This document shows positions 28,345-38,032 of a stretch of 64,000 bases of DNA, piece after piece. The notes beneath the pieces are model-generated. The model did not search any database. It worked only from the letters and a program-made list of their open reading frames with translations, and was not told where the DNA came from. The stretch's first letter is position 1. Every line of letters begins with the position of its first letter. Position numbers and translations under genes: made by a program. Origin of the DNA: Bacteroidaceae bacterium (GTDB taxonomy: Bacteria; Bacteroidota; Bacteroidia; Bacteroidales; Bacteroidaceae); contig JAZUHP010000108.1 of assembly GCA_045641785.1 (NCBI GenBank), positions 2,146-66,145 of the forward strand, read 5' to 3'.

Positions 28345-29481
28345 ATGGATTTTGAAAGAATTCTTTGGAGCAATATCGGTGCATCTGTAGAACTTACAAC
28401 ATTCAAGGCAGACAATGGTATTGACGAGATGCACGCCATCATACATATAGAACCACAAGGAGAAATGTTTGATGGACAGCTTACCCGTATGTATAAGGCA
28501 GAAGATATGCTTCTTGTACTTCCACAACTCAAAGGAGCAAATACTATATTCAAGCGTTACTTTTTGAGCGACAGTACCAATCAGGTACCATACATGAGGA
28601 ACAGTTCAAAATACAGTATCAGCTTCATCCAGCAACCACCACTCGACGGTTCAAAGATTGCACTTTGGATCTATCTACAGAGAGGTACTTACGTACACAA
28701 TGATAACGGAATCATCGTTGCAGAGCACAACGGTTACCGTCATCTATGGAAGATGGGAATGCACGAACATAAGGGGGATTCGGCATGGCAGACAGAGTGT
28801 CTTCTTATCAACTATGAAGAGAAGCTACAGGGATTCAATGCAACACTTGCCAACAACTGTATTCGTACATGGTTCTATGTACGAGATGTTGACACTCAAT
28901 ATGCAGGTATGGTCAAGGCACGTAAGGAGAACTTCATCGAGCAGGGACTTACAGAGAACACCCACTACATAGCATCTACTGGTATTGGAGGTCTTCCTGC
29001 CGACACGAAGGCACTTGTACAGCTTGGGACATACGCCCTCACAGGATTCGACCCAAAGCAACAGAAGTACCTCTATGCCCCTACTCACCTCAACCCAACA
29101 TACGAGTATGGAGTGACCTTTGAACGAGGAACACTTATTGAGTACGGAGACAGAGGACATGTGTACATTTCTGGAACAGCATCTATCAACAACAAGGGAG
29201 AGGTTGTACATGTTGGCAATATCGTAAAACAGACAGAACGTATGTGGGAGAATGTAGAGGTTCTCTTGGCAGAAGGAGGAATGACCTACGATGATGTGAT
29301 GCAGATAATAGTATATCTTCGTGACATGGCTGACTATGATATTGTCAGCAAGATGTTTAAGGAAAAATTCCCTAACACACCATATGTACTTACACTTGCA
29401 CCTGTATGCCGCCCTACATGGCTCATCGAGATGGAATGTATTGCCGTAAACAAGCGCAAAACAGAATTTACAGAATTCTAA
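28345..29481 (+). CDS. chorismatase-like (FkbO/Hyg5/XanB2-type, YjgF/RidA-fold) protein
   Basis: Contains CIRTWFYVRDVDTQYAGMVKARKENF and VYISGTASINNKGEVVHVGNIVKQTERMWENVEVLL. These resemble the chorismatase R.W.y...Y..F..R and ISGTASI.G..v.h motifs as I remember them. Start placed after the promoter box. Confidence 0.55.
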   Translation: MDFERILWSNIGASVELTTFKADNGIDEMHAIIHIEPQGEMFDGQLTRMYKAEDMLLVLPQLKGANTIFKRYFLSDSTNQVPYMRNSSKYSISFIQQPPLDGSKIALWIYLQRGTYVHNDNGIIVAEHNGYRHLWKMGMHEHKGDSAWQTECLLINYEEKLQGFNATLANNCIRTWFYVRDVDTQYAGMVKARKENFIEQGLTENTHYIASTGIGGLPADTKALVQLGTYALTGFDPKQQKYLYAPTHLNPTYEYGVTFERGTLIEYGDRGHVYISGTASINNKGEVVHVGNIVKQTERMWENVEVLLAEGGMTYDDVMQIIVYLRDMADYDIVSKMFKEKFPNTPYVLTLAPVCRPTWLIEMECIAVNKRKTEFTEF

Positions 29482-30953
29482 TGAACAGAATAAAACACCT
29501 GGCATTCTTACTCTACGCTGTCCTATGCGTGATAATGGGTACTGCCACATTCATAGAAAACAGTTACGGTACAGCTGTGACTCACAAATACATCTACGGC
29601 TCATGGTGGTTCTGTCTGCTATGGGCCGTAGCTATTATTGCCTCCGTTCCTTGCATTCCAAAACATTTCACATGGACTGCTCGTTGCATACAGACAATTA
29701 AAAGTTTTACCAACAAATTCACATGTCCGAAGTCAAAGGAGTTAAAGGCTATCATTATCATGGTCTTTCTACTTCCTGTATCCAATATATCAAGCGCCAT
29801 GCCTCAATGTATCAAGCTATCACAAGCTGAGGAAATGAAATACCAACAGGTCGGATACAATGAGCGAATATGTCCACTCAATACCGTGGCACGTGACTTC
29901 ACACAAAAGATTACAGGCAAACACACATTTAGTGGTCTTACTTCCGAACAGATACTCATTTCATGGATTCTTTACCCTGAAGAATGGAGGGAGGTAAAGA
30001 TTATAAAAGTGAAGAAGAAGTCTGCACTCAAAGAACTTGGGATAAAGGAAGACAGAGCATGCTTTGATGATTTCTTTGATGCTCAGGGCTACTACCTACT
30101 TGAACACAACAGATACCCAGATATAGAAGAGAAGTTGACAATCATCATCATGGCAACCCGTGGTGAACTGTTCAACCCTCTGCCCGAAGGATATGCCCCA
30201 CTTTCCGACACAAAGGTTAAAGCTGAGGTTCTATACAACAGCATAAACTGGAACCTCATACTCTTCATCTGCTGTTTCATGTTGGCATTATTATCTTTCA
30301 ACATGTTTACAGCCTATGCAAAGGTAATAAACATAGGAGTACTCGCTGGCACCATTATCATCTGTACCGTACTTGCCACATGCCTTTCTTTAAGATGGTA
30401 CGTGGCAGAACATGTGCCACTTACAAACACATTCGAGACGATGCAGGTCGTTGCCCTTTCTACCCTTGTAATAGCAAGTTTATCCAGCAAATGGAGAACC
30501 TATGCACTCATTGTGTCAGGAGCTACACTACTTGTCACACACATCTCGTCACTTGACCCACAGGTGACACCACTCATGCCAGCATTACAGTCGCCATGGC
30601 TTGCAAGTCACGTGACTACAATAATGATTTCTTACGCCTTATTCGCAATACTCCTGTTCCGTCCTGACCGAACAATCCTTATATGGGCAGAGATACTTCT
30701 CGCAACAGGAATAATACTTGGAAGTGTATGGGCAAAGACTGCATGGGGAACATACTGGAATTGGGATCCAAAGGAGACATGGGCACTAATATCACTAATA
30801 GTTTACATGTATCCTTTGCACACTAAATCTATTCCTTGGTTCAGGAACAAGAACAACCAGAAATGGTACTTACGTTTCGCTTTTCTGACTATCCTTATGA
30901 CTTATTTCGGATGCAACTACATACTTGTCGGAATGCATAGTTACGCTAACTAA
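29481..30953 (+). CDS. short fused CcsB/CcsA-like cytochrome c synthetase (heme-handling protein)
   Basis: ResB-like N-terminus (GTATFIENSYGTA...SWWF) and a C-terminal WWD motif WGTYWNWDPKETWALI. TAATG overlap with the upstream gene. Confidence 0.7.
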   Translation: MNRIKHLAFLLYAVLCVIMGTATFIENSYGTAVTHKYIYGSWWFCLLWAVAIIASVPCIPKHFTWTARCIQTIKSFTNKFTCPKSKELKAIIIMVFLLPVSNISSAMPQCIKLSQAEEMKYQQVGYNERICPLNTVARDFTQKITGKHTFSGLTSEQILISWILYPEEWREVKIIKVKKKSALKELGIKEDRACFDDFFDAQGYYLLEHNRYPDIEEKLTIIIMATRGELFNPLPEGYAPLSDTKVKAEVLYNSINWNLILFICCFMLALLSFNMFTAYAKVINIGVLAGTIIICTVLATCLSLRWYVAEHVPLTNTFETMQVVALSTLVIASLSSKWRTYALIVSGATLLVTHISSLDPQVTPLMPALQSPWLASHVTTIMISYALFAILLFRPDRTILIWAEILLATGIILGSVWAKTAWGTYWNWDPKETWALISLIVYMYPLHTKSIPWFRNKNNQKWYLRFAFLTILMTYFGCNYILVGMHSYAN

Positions 30954-31077
30954 AGTTTCTTTCTGCGAAAGCGCAAGCGATACCCCACCCTTCGGGATGA
31001 TGAAACTTAGGGAGTTAAAAGGGAGTTAAAGAGGAGTAAAAGGGACGAATGTCTGTATATGACAAACGTCCCTTTTA
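30954..31077 (-). repeat. right arm of the inverted repeat (family A in reverse), ending in a perfect 11-bp bidirectional terminator hairpin
   Basis: The sequence runs agtttctttctgcgaaagcg...ggagttaaaagggagttaaagaggagtaaaagggacgaatg. Hairpin taaaagggacg (31037-31047) pairs with cgtccctttta (31067-31077). Confidence 0.8.
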
Positions 31078-31081
31078 CACT

Positions 31082-32053
31082 TCAAAGTCTCACACCCTTG
31101 TGCTTGTCAGGCAAATCACTCCATCGTTCTCCATACGCATCATAGGCATCGGTTACTACCACAAAGCAATCAGGATCAATCTCACTTAGTGTTGTCGTAA
31201 CATCCTCAACCTCATTCATGTGAACAACCATCATCAAAGTATCACGTTCACCACCAGAATAAAGGCCATTGGAAGGAATAACTGTAGCTGTACGATCCAT
31301 GTCTTCAAGGACAAAAGAACGCATCCTTTCCTTATCCGATGTGATAATGAACATCAGTTTGTTATTCTTTGTACCCGTCACAACAACACCCACCACCTTT
31401 GACATGATACATATACAGATAATAGAATAGCACGACAGCACCCAAGAATGTGATTCAACATGTCCACCTCCAAGTCCCATGCCAATAACTACAAGACCAA
31501 ACAGAATAACAGCAGAATCCACACCAAGCAAGGCATACGAGAACTTCACCCTTAAGTATTTTGAAATAAGCATAGCTACAATATCAGATCCACCAGATGT
31601 TGCACCACTACGAATGATGAAGCCCTCGCCCACTCCTATGAGAATAGGACCAAAGATACAAGTAACAATCATGTCATGCGACAAGTCCAGACACCCACCA
31701 GCAAGAAGAGATGGATCAAGTGTTCTTAACGCCTCGCCTGAAGGATAAAGACAATAAGAGAAAAGGTTCATAAACAAGGGAGACACAAGACTCGCGACAA
31801 GTGTCTTTGCACCAACACCCTTTCCCAGAAAGAAATACGAAAGAATTAGCAACGGGATACTAATCATGTAGCCAAATGTACCGACCTGAATATCTGGCAT
31901 TATATTGTGAAGCACAATACTCGTACCAAACACGCCACCAGGAACAAGTTTATAAGGATTAATGAACAACACGAAAGCTAACGAAACAATGGCACTACCA
32001 AGTACAATTCCCACGTAATCGAGCAACAATCTTCTATACTTCTTACTATGCAT
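31082..32053 (-). CDS. YitT-family membrane protein (C-terminal DUF2179)
   Basis: 323 aa. TM-rich N-terminal part and a soluble C-terminal domain, with the overall pattern typical of YitT. Confidence 0.7.
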   Translation of the reverse strand: MHSKKYRRLLLDYVGIVLGSAIVSLAFVLFINPYKLVPGGVFGTSIVLHNIMPDIQVGTFGYMISIPLLILSYFFLGKGVGAKTLVASLVSPLFMNLFSYCLYPSGEALRTLDPSLLAGGCLDLSHDMIVTCIFGPILIGVGEGFIIRSGATSGGSDIVAMLISKYLRVKFSYALLGVDSAVILFGLVVIGMGLGGGHVESHSWVLSCYSIICICIMSKVVGVVVTGTKNNKLMFIITSDKERMRSFVLEDMDRTATVIPSNGLYSGGERDTLMMVVHMNEVEDVTTTLSEIDPDCFVVVTDAYDAYGERWSDLPDKHKGVRL

Positions 32054-32092
32054 TTCCTAATTGAGATTTAATTATATTGTATATTTTAATTG

Positions 32093-32100
32093 CAAAGTTA
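32093..32100 (-). promoter_or_regulatory. -7 promoter box (TAacTTTG) for the yitT-like gene
   Basis: Exact TAnnTTTG on the minus strand, 40 nt upstream of the ATG. Confidence 0.45.
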
Positions 32101-32196
32101 AAGCAAAATGGTATTATTGCAAAACTAAATAACTCAAAATAGGAACAATATGTACGAAATTATCAACACTTTAGATGTTAATTGAATAAAAAGTTG

Positions 32197-32204
32197 TAAC
32201 TTTG
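32197..32204 (+). promoter_or_regulatory. -7 promoter box (TAacTTTG) for the his operon
   Basis: Exact TAnnTTTG, 59 nt upstream of the hisH ATG. Confidence 0.45.
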
Positions 32205-32262
32205 CCACTTGATTAGGGTATTATATTCTTCAAAGGAATATCCCATGTTGTAAAGTAAAAAG

Positions 32263-32853
32263 ATGAAAGTAGCAATAGTAAAATACAATGCAGGCAATAT
32301 CCGTTCTGTTGTCAACGCTGTAAAGCGCCTTGGATATGATCCAATCCTTACAGATGATGCAGAAGAACTTCGCTCTGCAGACAAGATAATATTCCCTGGA
32401 CAGGGAGAGGCAAGTACCACAATGGCTTATCTTAGAGAACACGGGCTTGACAAAGTCATTCTGTCACTCAAGCAGCCAGTTCTGGGCATCTGTATTGGAA
32501 TGCAACTTCTATGTCGCCATTCTGAGGAGTACGACACCGACTGTCTTGGAATCTTTGATGTTGACGTCAAGCGCTTTATTCCAAAGCAGCACGAAGACAA
32601 GGTCCCACAGATGGGATGGAACACAATCACAGATTGCAAAAGTGACCTGTACAAAGGGTTTACAAAACCTGAATATGTATATTTTGTTCATAGCTACTAT
32701 GCCCCACTCTGTGAGCATACAATAGCAACAACAGATTACATACAGCCCTACAGCAGTTCTCTTCACAAGGACAACTTCTATGCTACACAGTTCCATCCTG
32801 AGAAGAGCGGAAGCGTAGGAGAGAGAATACTAAAGAACTTCCTTGAAATGTAA
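32263..32853 (+). CDS. hisH: imidazole glycerol phosphate synthase, glutaminase subunit
   Basis: 196 aa with GICIGMQ and FHPEKS triad context. Confidence 0.93.
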   Translation: MKVAIVKYNAGNIRSVVNAVKRLGYDPILTDDAEELRSADKIIFPGQGEASTTMAYLREHGLDKVILSLKQPVLGICIGMQLLCRHSEEYDTDCLGIFDVDVKRFIPKQHEDKVPQMGWNTITDCKSDLYKGFTKPEYVYFVHSYYAPLCEHTIATTDYIQPYSSSLHKDNFYATQFHPEKSGSVGERILKNFLEM

Positions 32854-32925
32854 AAAAGTTAAGAGCAAAGAGTATTTGCATTCAAAGTGCATACAACTCG
32901 CAACTCACACATATACAAATAAAAG

Positions 32926-33645
32926 ATGATTGAAATAATTCCCGCAATAGATATTATTGATGGTAAATGCGTAAGACTCACACAGGGTGACTACGACACG
33001 AAGAAGGTGTATAACGAAGATCCTGTGGAAGTGGCAAAGATGTTTGAAGGAGCCGGTATACGCCGTCTCCACACTGTTGACCTTGACGGTGCTAAATCAC
33101 AGCATGTCATCAACTACAAGACAATTGAAAAGATTGCCGAGCACACTTCACTCGTGATAGACTTTGGCGGAGGAATAAAGTCAAACGAAGACATAGACAT
33201 TGCCTTTGCTTCTGGCGCATCACTTGTTACCGTCGGTAGTATAGCAGTCAAGAATCCCCCACTCTTCACATCTTGGATCGAGAAGTATGGCTCTAACAAG
33301 ATCATTCTTGGAGCAGATGTAAAGAATGGACTCATCAGTATCAACGGATGGAAGGAAGAAGGAAACAATGAGCTTATGCCTTTCCTCCAGGACTATACTG
33401 GCAAGGGAATATCAAACGTGCTTTGTACTGACATCTCAAAAGACGGAATGCTTCAAGGCCCAGCAGTAGAGCTATACAAGCAGATCATGGAGAAATTCCC
33501 AGACATGCATCTCATCGCAAGTGGCGGTGTAAGTTGTATTGAAGACATCGAAGCGCTTGACCATGCAGGAATACCTGCTGTAGTATTTGGCAAAGCCATT
33601 TACGAAGGCAAGATTAACATGGGAGAACTTGCTAAGTTTCTATAG
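32926..33645 (+). CDS. hisA: 1-(5-phosphoribosyl)-5-[(5-phosphoribosylamino)methylideneamino]imidazole-4-carboxamide isomerase
   Basis: 239 aa starting MIEIIPAIDIIDGKCVRL. Contains the ASGGV motif. Confidence 0.93.
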   Translation: MIEIIPAIDIIDGKCVRLTQGDYDTKKVYNEDPVEVAKMFEGAGIRRLHTVDLDGAKSQHVINYKTIEKIAEHTSLVIDFGGGIKSNEDIDIAFASGASLVTVGSIAVKNPPLFTSWIEKYGSNKIILGADVKNGLISINGWKEEGNNELMPFLQDYTGKGISNVLCTDISKDGMLQGPAVELYKQIMEKFPDMHLIASGGVSCIEDIEALDHAGIPAVVFGKAIYEGKINMGELAKFL

Positions 33646-33730
33646 GAGAAGCTAAAAGTAGAAATCATAGGTTAGAAGTTAAAAGTGCGACCTCGCATCA
33701 ACTCATAACTTACAACTCTATACTCCTCAT

Positions 33731-33768
33731 GGAAGCATGTTAATTGTTAATTATTAATTGTTAATTAT
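33731..33768 (+). repeat. family B repeat copy in the hisA-hisF spacer
   Basis: ggaagcatgttaattgttaattattaattgttaattat, ending 6 nt before the hisF GTG start. It is preceded by family-A-like words (ggttagaagttaaaagtg). Confidence 0.8.
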
Positions 33769-33773
33769 ATACA

Positions 33774-34565
33774 GTGTTAGCAAAACGAATCATACCTTGC
33801 CTTGACATCAAGGACGGACAGACGGTAAAAGGCACAAACTTTGTGAACCTTCGTCAGGCAGGAGACCCTATAGAATTGGGTAAGGCTTACTCAGAGGCAG
33901 GAGCCGATGAACTCGTATACCTTGATATCACAGCAAGTCACGAAGGTAGAAAGACCTTCACAAACCTTGTCACTCGCATTGCTGAGGAAATAAACATCCC
34001 TTTCACCGTAGGAGGTGGCATAAACGAGTTGGCAGATGTGGAGCGACTTCTCAATGCTGGAGCAGATAAGGTAAGTATCAACTCTGCCGCTCTACGTCGC
34101 CCCGAACTCATAGACGAGATTGCCACTCACTTTGGCAGTCAGGTTATCGTTGTGGCTGTTGACGCCAAGTGTATTGACGATAATATCCATCCAAACGGAC
34201 ACCCTGAGATTGACGGTAAGTGGAACTGCTTCATGAACGGTGGACGTCTCGACACAGGTCGCGACCTCTTTGAATGGGCAAAGGAAGCTAATGATCGCGG
34301 TGCTGGTGAGATACTCTTCACGAGCATGAATCATGACGGAGTAAAAACTGGATTTGCCGATGTTGCTCTACGTCGACTTTCAGATAGTCTTACCATACCA
34401 GTTATCGCCTCTGGTGGTGCAGGAAAGAAGGAACATTTCCGCGACACATTCATCAACGGACACTCTGATGCAGCACTTGCTGCCAGCGTATTCCATTTTG
34501 GAGAGATTCCTATTCATGAGTTGAAGAAATACCTCGTTGGAGAAGGTATAAATGTAAGGTTATGA
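33774..34565 (+). CDS. hisF: imidazole glycerol phosphate synthase, cyclase subunit
   Basis: GTG start. Begins (M)[14 protein letters not shown]. Contains SGGAG. Confidence 0.93.
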   Translation: MLAKRIIPCLDIKDGQTVKGTNFVNLRQAGDPIELGKAYSEAGADELVYLDITASHEGRKTFTNLVTRIAEEINIPFTVGGGINELADVERLLNAGADKVSINSAALRRPELIDEIATHFGSQVIVVAVDAKCIDDNIHPNGHPEIDGKWNCFMNGGRLDTGRDLFEWAKEANDRGAGEILFTSMNHDGVKTGFADVALRRLSDSLTIPVIASGGAGKKEHFRDTFINGHSDAALAASVFHFGEIPIHELKKYLVGEGINVRL

Positions 34566-34607
34566 TGAATTAAAGGTTATAAAGGTTTAGAACAACGTTA
34601 TGGCAAG

Positions 34608-34662
34608 TATAACCGTAAAAACGCATAACCGTAAAACCGCATAACCGTAAAACCGTACAACC
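34608..34662 (-). repeat. ACCGT-word array (family C) in the hisF-hisIE spacer
   Basis: About three 16-17-nt units (ataaccgtaaaa[a/c]cgc). Confidence 0.85.
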
Positions 34663-34689
34663 ATAAATAAAATATAACAAAAACAAAAT

Positions 34690-35301
34690 ATGACAATCGA
34701 TTTCGAGAAGATGGACGGACTTGTACCAGCCGTTATCCAGGACGCAAAGACACTCAAGGTACTTATGCTTGGTTTCATGAACGGAGAAGCATACAAGAAG
34801 ACTGTTGAAACAGGTAAGGTAACATTCTATAGCCGCACAAAGCAGCGCCTTTGGACAAAGGGTGAGACAAGCGGCAACTTCCTCAATGTAGTTGAGATTC
34901 TCAACGACTGCGACAATGACACACTCCTTATCAAGGTTAACCCTGTAGGTCCTGTATGCCATACAGGTGCAGACACTTGCTGGAATGAGAAGAACGAGAA
35001 TCCACTCATGTTCCTTGCAGAGCTCCAGCGTTTCATCGAGAAGCGTCACAAGGAAATGCCAGAGGGTTCATACACAACAAGTCTTTTCCTCGACGGTTGT
35101 CATCGTATGGCACAGAAGGTTGGAGAGGAAGCACTTGAGGCTGTTATCGAGGCTGTAGCAAACAACAACGAACGTCTCGTTTATGAGGCATCAGACATGA
35201 TCTACCACCTCATCGTACTCCTCACTTCTAAGGGTCTCAAGATTGAAGATCTCGCAGAAGAACTTGCTGTTCGCCACGATCCAAGTTGGCATAAACACTA
35301 A
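34690..35301 (+). CDS. hisIE: bifunctional phosphoribosyl-AMP cyclohydrolase / phosphoribosyl-ATP diphosphatase
   Basis: 203 aa with the HisI motif SRTKQRLWTKGETSGN...CD.D and a C-terminal HisE helical part. Confidence 0.9.
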   Translation: MTIDFEKMDGLVPAVIQDAKTLKVLMLGFMNGEAYKKTVETGKVTFYSRTKQRLWTKGETSGNFLNVVEILNDCDNDTLLIKVNPVGPVCHTGADTCWNEKNENPLMFLAELQRFIEKRHKEMPEGSYTTSLFLDGCHRMAQKVGEEALEAVIEAVANNNERLVYEASDMIYHLIVLLTSKGLKIEDLAEELAVRHDPSWHKH

Positions 35302-35305
35302 TTAA

Positions 35306-35464
35306 GTTACAATTTTACTATTTACAGTTTTACTATTGTCATTCAGCGCCTACCCTTTTCCAACTAACAAAATGTTAAGGAACAAGGATAACAAACAAAA
35401 ATGGCAAGTGGAAAACATTCCACACAGCAAAATTGTAAATTAGTCAATTGTAAAATAGTCAAAT
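35306..35464. repeat. mirror-image word arrays (ttacaatttt... / ...aaaattgtaa) flanking an ~87-bp core
   Basis: The words at 35306-35340 and 35428-35464 are reverse-complement sets with 10-nt exact complementarity. Confidence 0.7.
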
Positions 35465-35470
35465 AAAACA

Positions 35471-36526
35471 ATGGCTTTAATCAACTATAACAACGTCGAT
35501 ATCTATCAGGACTCTCAACTTGTTCTGAAGAATGTCAACTTCACAGTCAACGAAGGTGAATTCGTCTACATCACAGGAAAGGTGGGTTCTGGAAAGAGCT
35601 CACTACTCAAGACCATCTACGCTGAAATACCTATAAAAGAAGGTAGTGCGTATGTTCTTGAGAACAACATGATGAAGTTGAAGCAGAAGAATGTACCAGA
35701 ACTTCGCCGTAAGTTAGGTATCATCTTCCAGGACTTCCAGCTCCTCACCGACCGAACTGTAGAAGCCAATCTACGCTTTGTTCTCAAGGCTACAGGATGG
35801 AAGGACAAGCGCGAGATGGATCAGCGCATCAAAGATGTGCTCGAACTTGTAGGTATGACAACAAAGGGGTACAAGATGCCAAGCGAGTTGAGTGGTGGTG
35901 AGCAACAGCGTATCAGTATAGCACGCGCAATACTTAACCGTCCAAAACTCATCCTTGCAGACGAGCCAACAGGCAACCTTGACGTTGAGACAAGCAAGCG
36001 CATCACAGAACTTCTTCAAAGCATTAGTAAGGCAGGTTCTACAGTAATCATGATTACTCACAACATGAACCTTCTTTCTAAGTTCCCTGGTCGTGTGTTC
36101 CGTTGTGAGAACCATGAGATAAAAGAACTCACAATGCCAACAATCTATGATTTGTCGGACGTTACCGACAACATCAACGAGCAAGAGTTCTTTGAGACAC
36201 AGGCGGAGGAGGACAATGCCAAAACATCTGCCGAGACAAATGAACCTGTTGCAGAAAATGAGGATGATATTACACAGGCAGAAGCATCTTCATTCTCATT
36301 CGACCCACAAACAGTTGTTGAAGCAACAAGTGAAACAGATGAAGATGCTGAAAGCGAAGAAAACTCAGTAGATGAAGAAAGCGTTGAAAAAACAGTTGAT
36401 GTTACATCAGAACAGTCAATTCCTGAACTTAAGCCAATAGACCTCAAAGAGTTTGAACCAAGTGACATCACAGCAATAAACAACATCATTGCTGATCACG
36501 AGAAAAAGAATGAGGTGATTGACTGA
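35471..36526 (+). CDS. ftsE: FtsE-like cell-division ABC ATPase with a ~125-aa acidic C-terminal extension
   Basis: Walker [10 protein letters not shown], signature LSGGEQQR, Walker B LILADEP. Residues ~226-351 are Glu/Asp/Ser/Thr-rich low complexity. Confidence 0.75.
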   Translation: MALINYNNVDIYQDSQLVLKNVNFTVNEGEFVYITGKVGSGKSSLLKTIYAEIPIKEGSAYVLENNMMKLKQKNVPELRRKLGIIFQDFQLLTDRTVEANLRFVLKATGWKDKREMDQRIKDVLELVGMTTKGYKMPSELSGGEQQRISIARAILNRPKLILADEPTGNLDVETSKRITELLQSISKAGSTVIMITHNMNLLSKFPGRVFRCENHEIKELTMPTIYDLSDVTDNINEQEFFETQAEEDNAKTSAETNEPVAENEDDITQAEASSFSFDPQTVVEATSETDEDAESEENSVDEESVEKTVDVTSEQSIPELKPIDLKEFEPSDITAINNIIADHEKKNEVID

Positions 36527-36653
36527 AAAAGGTAATGCTAAAAGGTTAAAGTGGTAAAGGAGTGGTATCTTTCATAATAATACCACATAACTATAATACC
36601 GCACAACCAAAATAAAAAGAATAGAAAACAATAATAAGAAATAATTACAACAA

Positions 36654-37970
36654 ATGAAAGTACTTAAATTTGGTGGTACATCCGTTGGCACTCCTCAGAG
36701 AATGAAGGATGTCGTAAAATTGATTACTGACGGTGAGCAGAAGATTGTAGTTCTCTCAGCTATGTCAGGCACAACAAATTCACTCGTTGAAATTTCTGAT
36801 TATCTCTACAAAAAGAATCCAGAAGGTGCATTAGAGACAATCAACACTCTTGAGCAGAAGTACAAGAAGCATGTTGATGAACTCTACAGCACAGATGAAT
36901 ATAAGAAGATCACTCTTGACTTCCTCAAGCAGGAGTTCGATTATCTTCGCTCTTTCACAAAGGGCATCTTTACTATGTTTGAAGAGAAGATTATTGTTGG
37001 TCAAGGAGAAATCCTTTCAACAAACATGGTAACAAACTATCTTATTGAGCAGGGATATAACGCAACACTCATCCCAGCACTCGAGTTCATGCGTACAGAC
37101 AAGAATGCAGAGCCTGACCTTCAGTACATCAGCGAGAAGATCAAGGTACAACTCGACGAGAACCCTGATAAGGAAATATACATCACTCAGGGCTTCATCT
37201 GCCGTAATGCTTATGGTGAGATTGACAACCTCCAGCGTGGTGGTTCTGACTATTCAGCATCTCTTATTGGTGCAGCTGTTAATGCATCTGAGATTCAGAT
37301 CTGGACAGACATCGACGGTATGCACAACAACGACCCACGTTTCGTTGACAAGACTTCTCCTGTAAGCCATCTTCACTTTGAGGAAGCTGCAGAACTCGCA
37401 TACTTTGGAGCTAAGATTCTCCACCCTACTTGCGTTCAGCCAGCTAAGTTTGCAGGTATCCCTGTAAAGCTTCTCAACACAATGGATCCAAAGGCTGCTG
37501 GTACTGTCATCAGCAACGAGACAGAAGCTAAGAAGATCAAGGCTGTTGCCGCTAAGGATAATATCACAGCTATCAACATCACATCAAGTCGCATGCTTCT
37601 TGCTCACGGGTTCCTCCGCAAGGTATTCGAGATCTTCGAGAGCTACAAGACAAGTATCGATATGATCACAACAAGTGAAGTTGGGGTATCTGTGTCAATC
37701 GACAACAAGACAAACCTTGCTGCTATCGTTGACGAACTCAAGAAGTTTGGTCGAGTAAATGTAGATGAGAACATGTGTATCATCTGTGTTGTTGGTGACC
37801 TTGAGTGGCATAATGTAGGATTTGAGGCAAAGGCAACTCAGGCACTTGCTGGTATTCCTGTACGTATGATTTCTTATGGTGGTAGCAACCATAACATCTC
37901 ATTCCTTATCTCTGCAGATCACAAGAAGCAGGCACTTCAGGCACTCTCTGACAACCTCTTCAACAACTAA
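36654..37970 (+). CDS. lysC: aspartate kinase
   Basis: 438 aa. MKVLKFGGTSVG start, amino-acid kinase fold and C-terminal ACT repeats. Confidence 0.9.
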   Translation: MKVLKFGGTSVGTPQRMKDVVKLITDGEQKIVVLSAMSGTTNSLVEISDYLYKKNPEGALETINTLEQKYKKHVDELYSTDEYKKITLDFLKQEFDYLRSFTKGIFTMFEEKIIVGQGEILSTNMVTNYLIEQGYNATLIPALEFMRTDKNAEPDLQYISEKIKVQLDENPDKEIYITQGFICRNAYGEIDNLQRGGSDYSASLIGAAVNASEIQIWTDIDGMHNNDPRFVDKTSPVSHLHFEEAAELAYFGAKILHPTCVQPAKFAGIPVKLLNTMDPKAAGTVISNETEAKKIKAVAAKDNITAINITSSRMLLAHGFLRKVFEIFESYKTSIDMITTSEVGVSVSIDNKTNLAAIVDELKKFGRVNVDENMCIICVVGDLEWHNVGFEAKATQALAGIPVRMISYGGSNHNISFLISADHKKQALQALSDNLFNN

Positions 37971-37993
37971 AAATCATTCTTAGAATCATATTT

Positions 37994-38022
37994 TATGCCT
38001 CCGGACAATGCTCGGAGGCATA
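37994..38022 (+). terminator. hairpin downstream of lysC (perfect 10-bp stem)
   Basis: tatgcctccg / cggaggcata with a 9-nt loop and a weak T tract. It shares the 11-mer atgcctccgga with 51126-51136. Confidence 0.5.
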
Positions 38023-38032
38023 ATTTGAAAAT

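Noticed and set aside
32054-32262. His-codon leader peptide upstream of hisH.
   Set aside because: The only small ORF there (MYEIINTLDVN) has no His codons and is not followed by a terminator.
34570-35049. 159-aa ORF antisense to hisIE.
   Set aside because: It starts in the repeat spacer and overlaps the well-supported hisIE gene on the opposite strand. Its translation resembles nothing.
36527-36653. Lysine riboswitch or other leader upstream of lysC.
   Set aside because: The spacer is only 127 nt and consists of ggtaa/atacc word repeats. None of the conserved lysine-riboswitch helices is visible.
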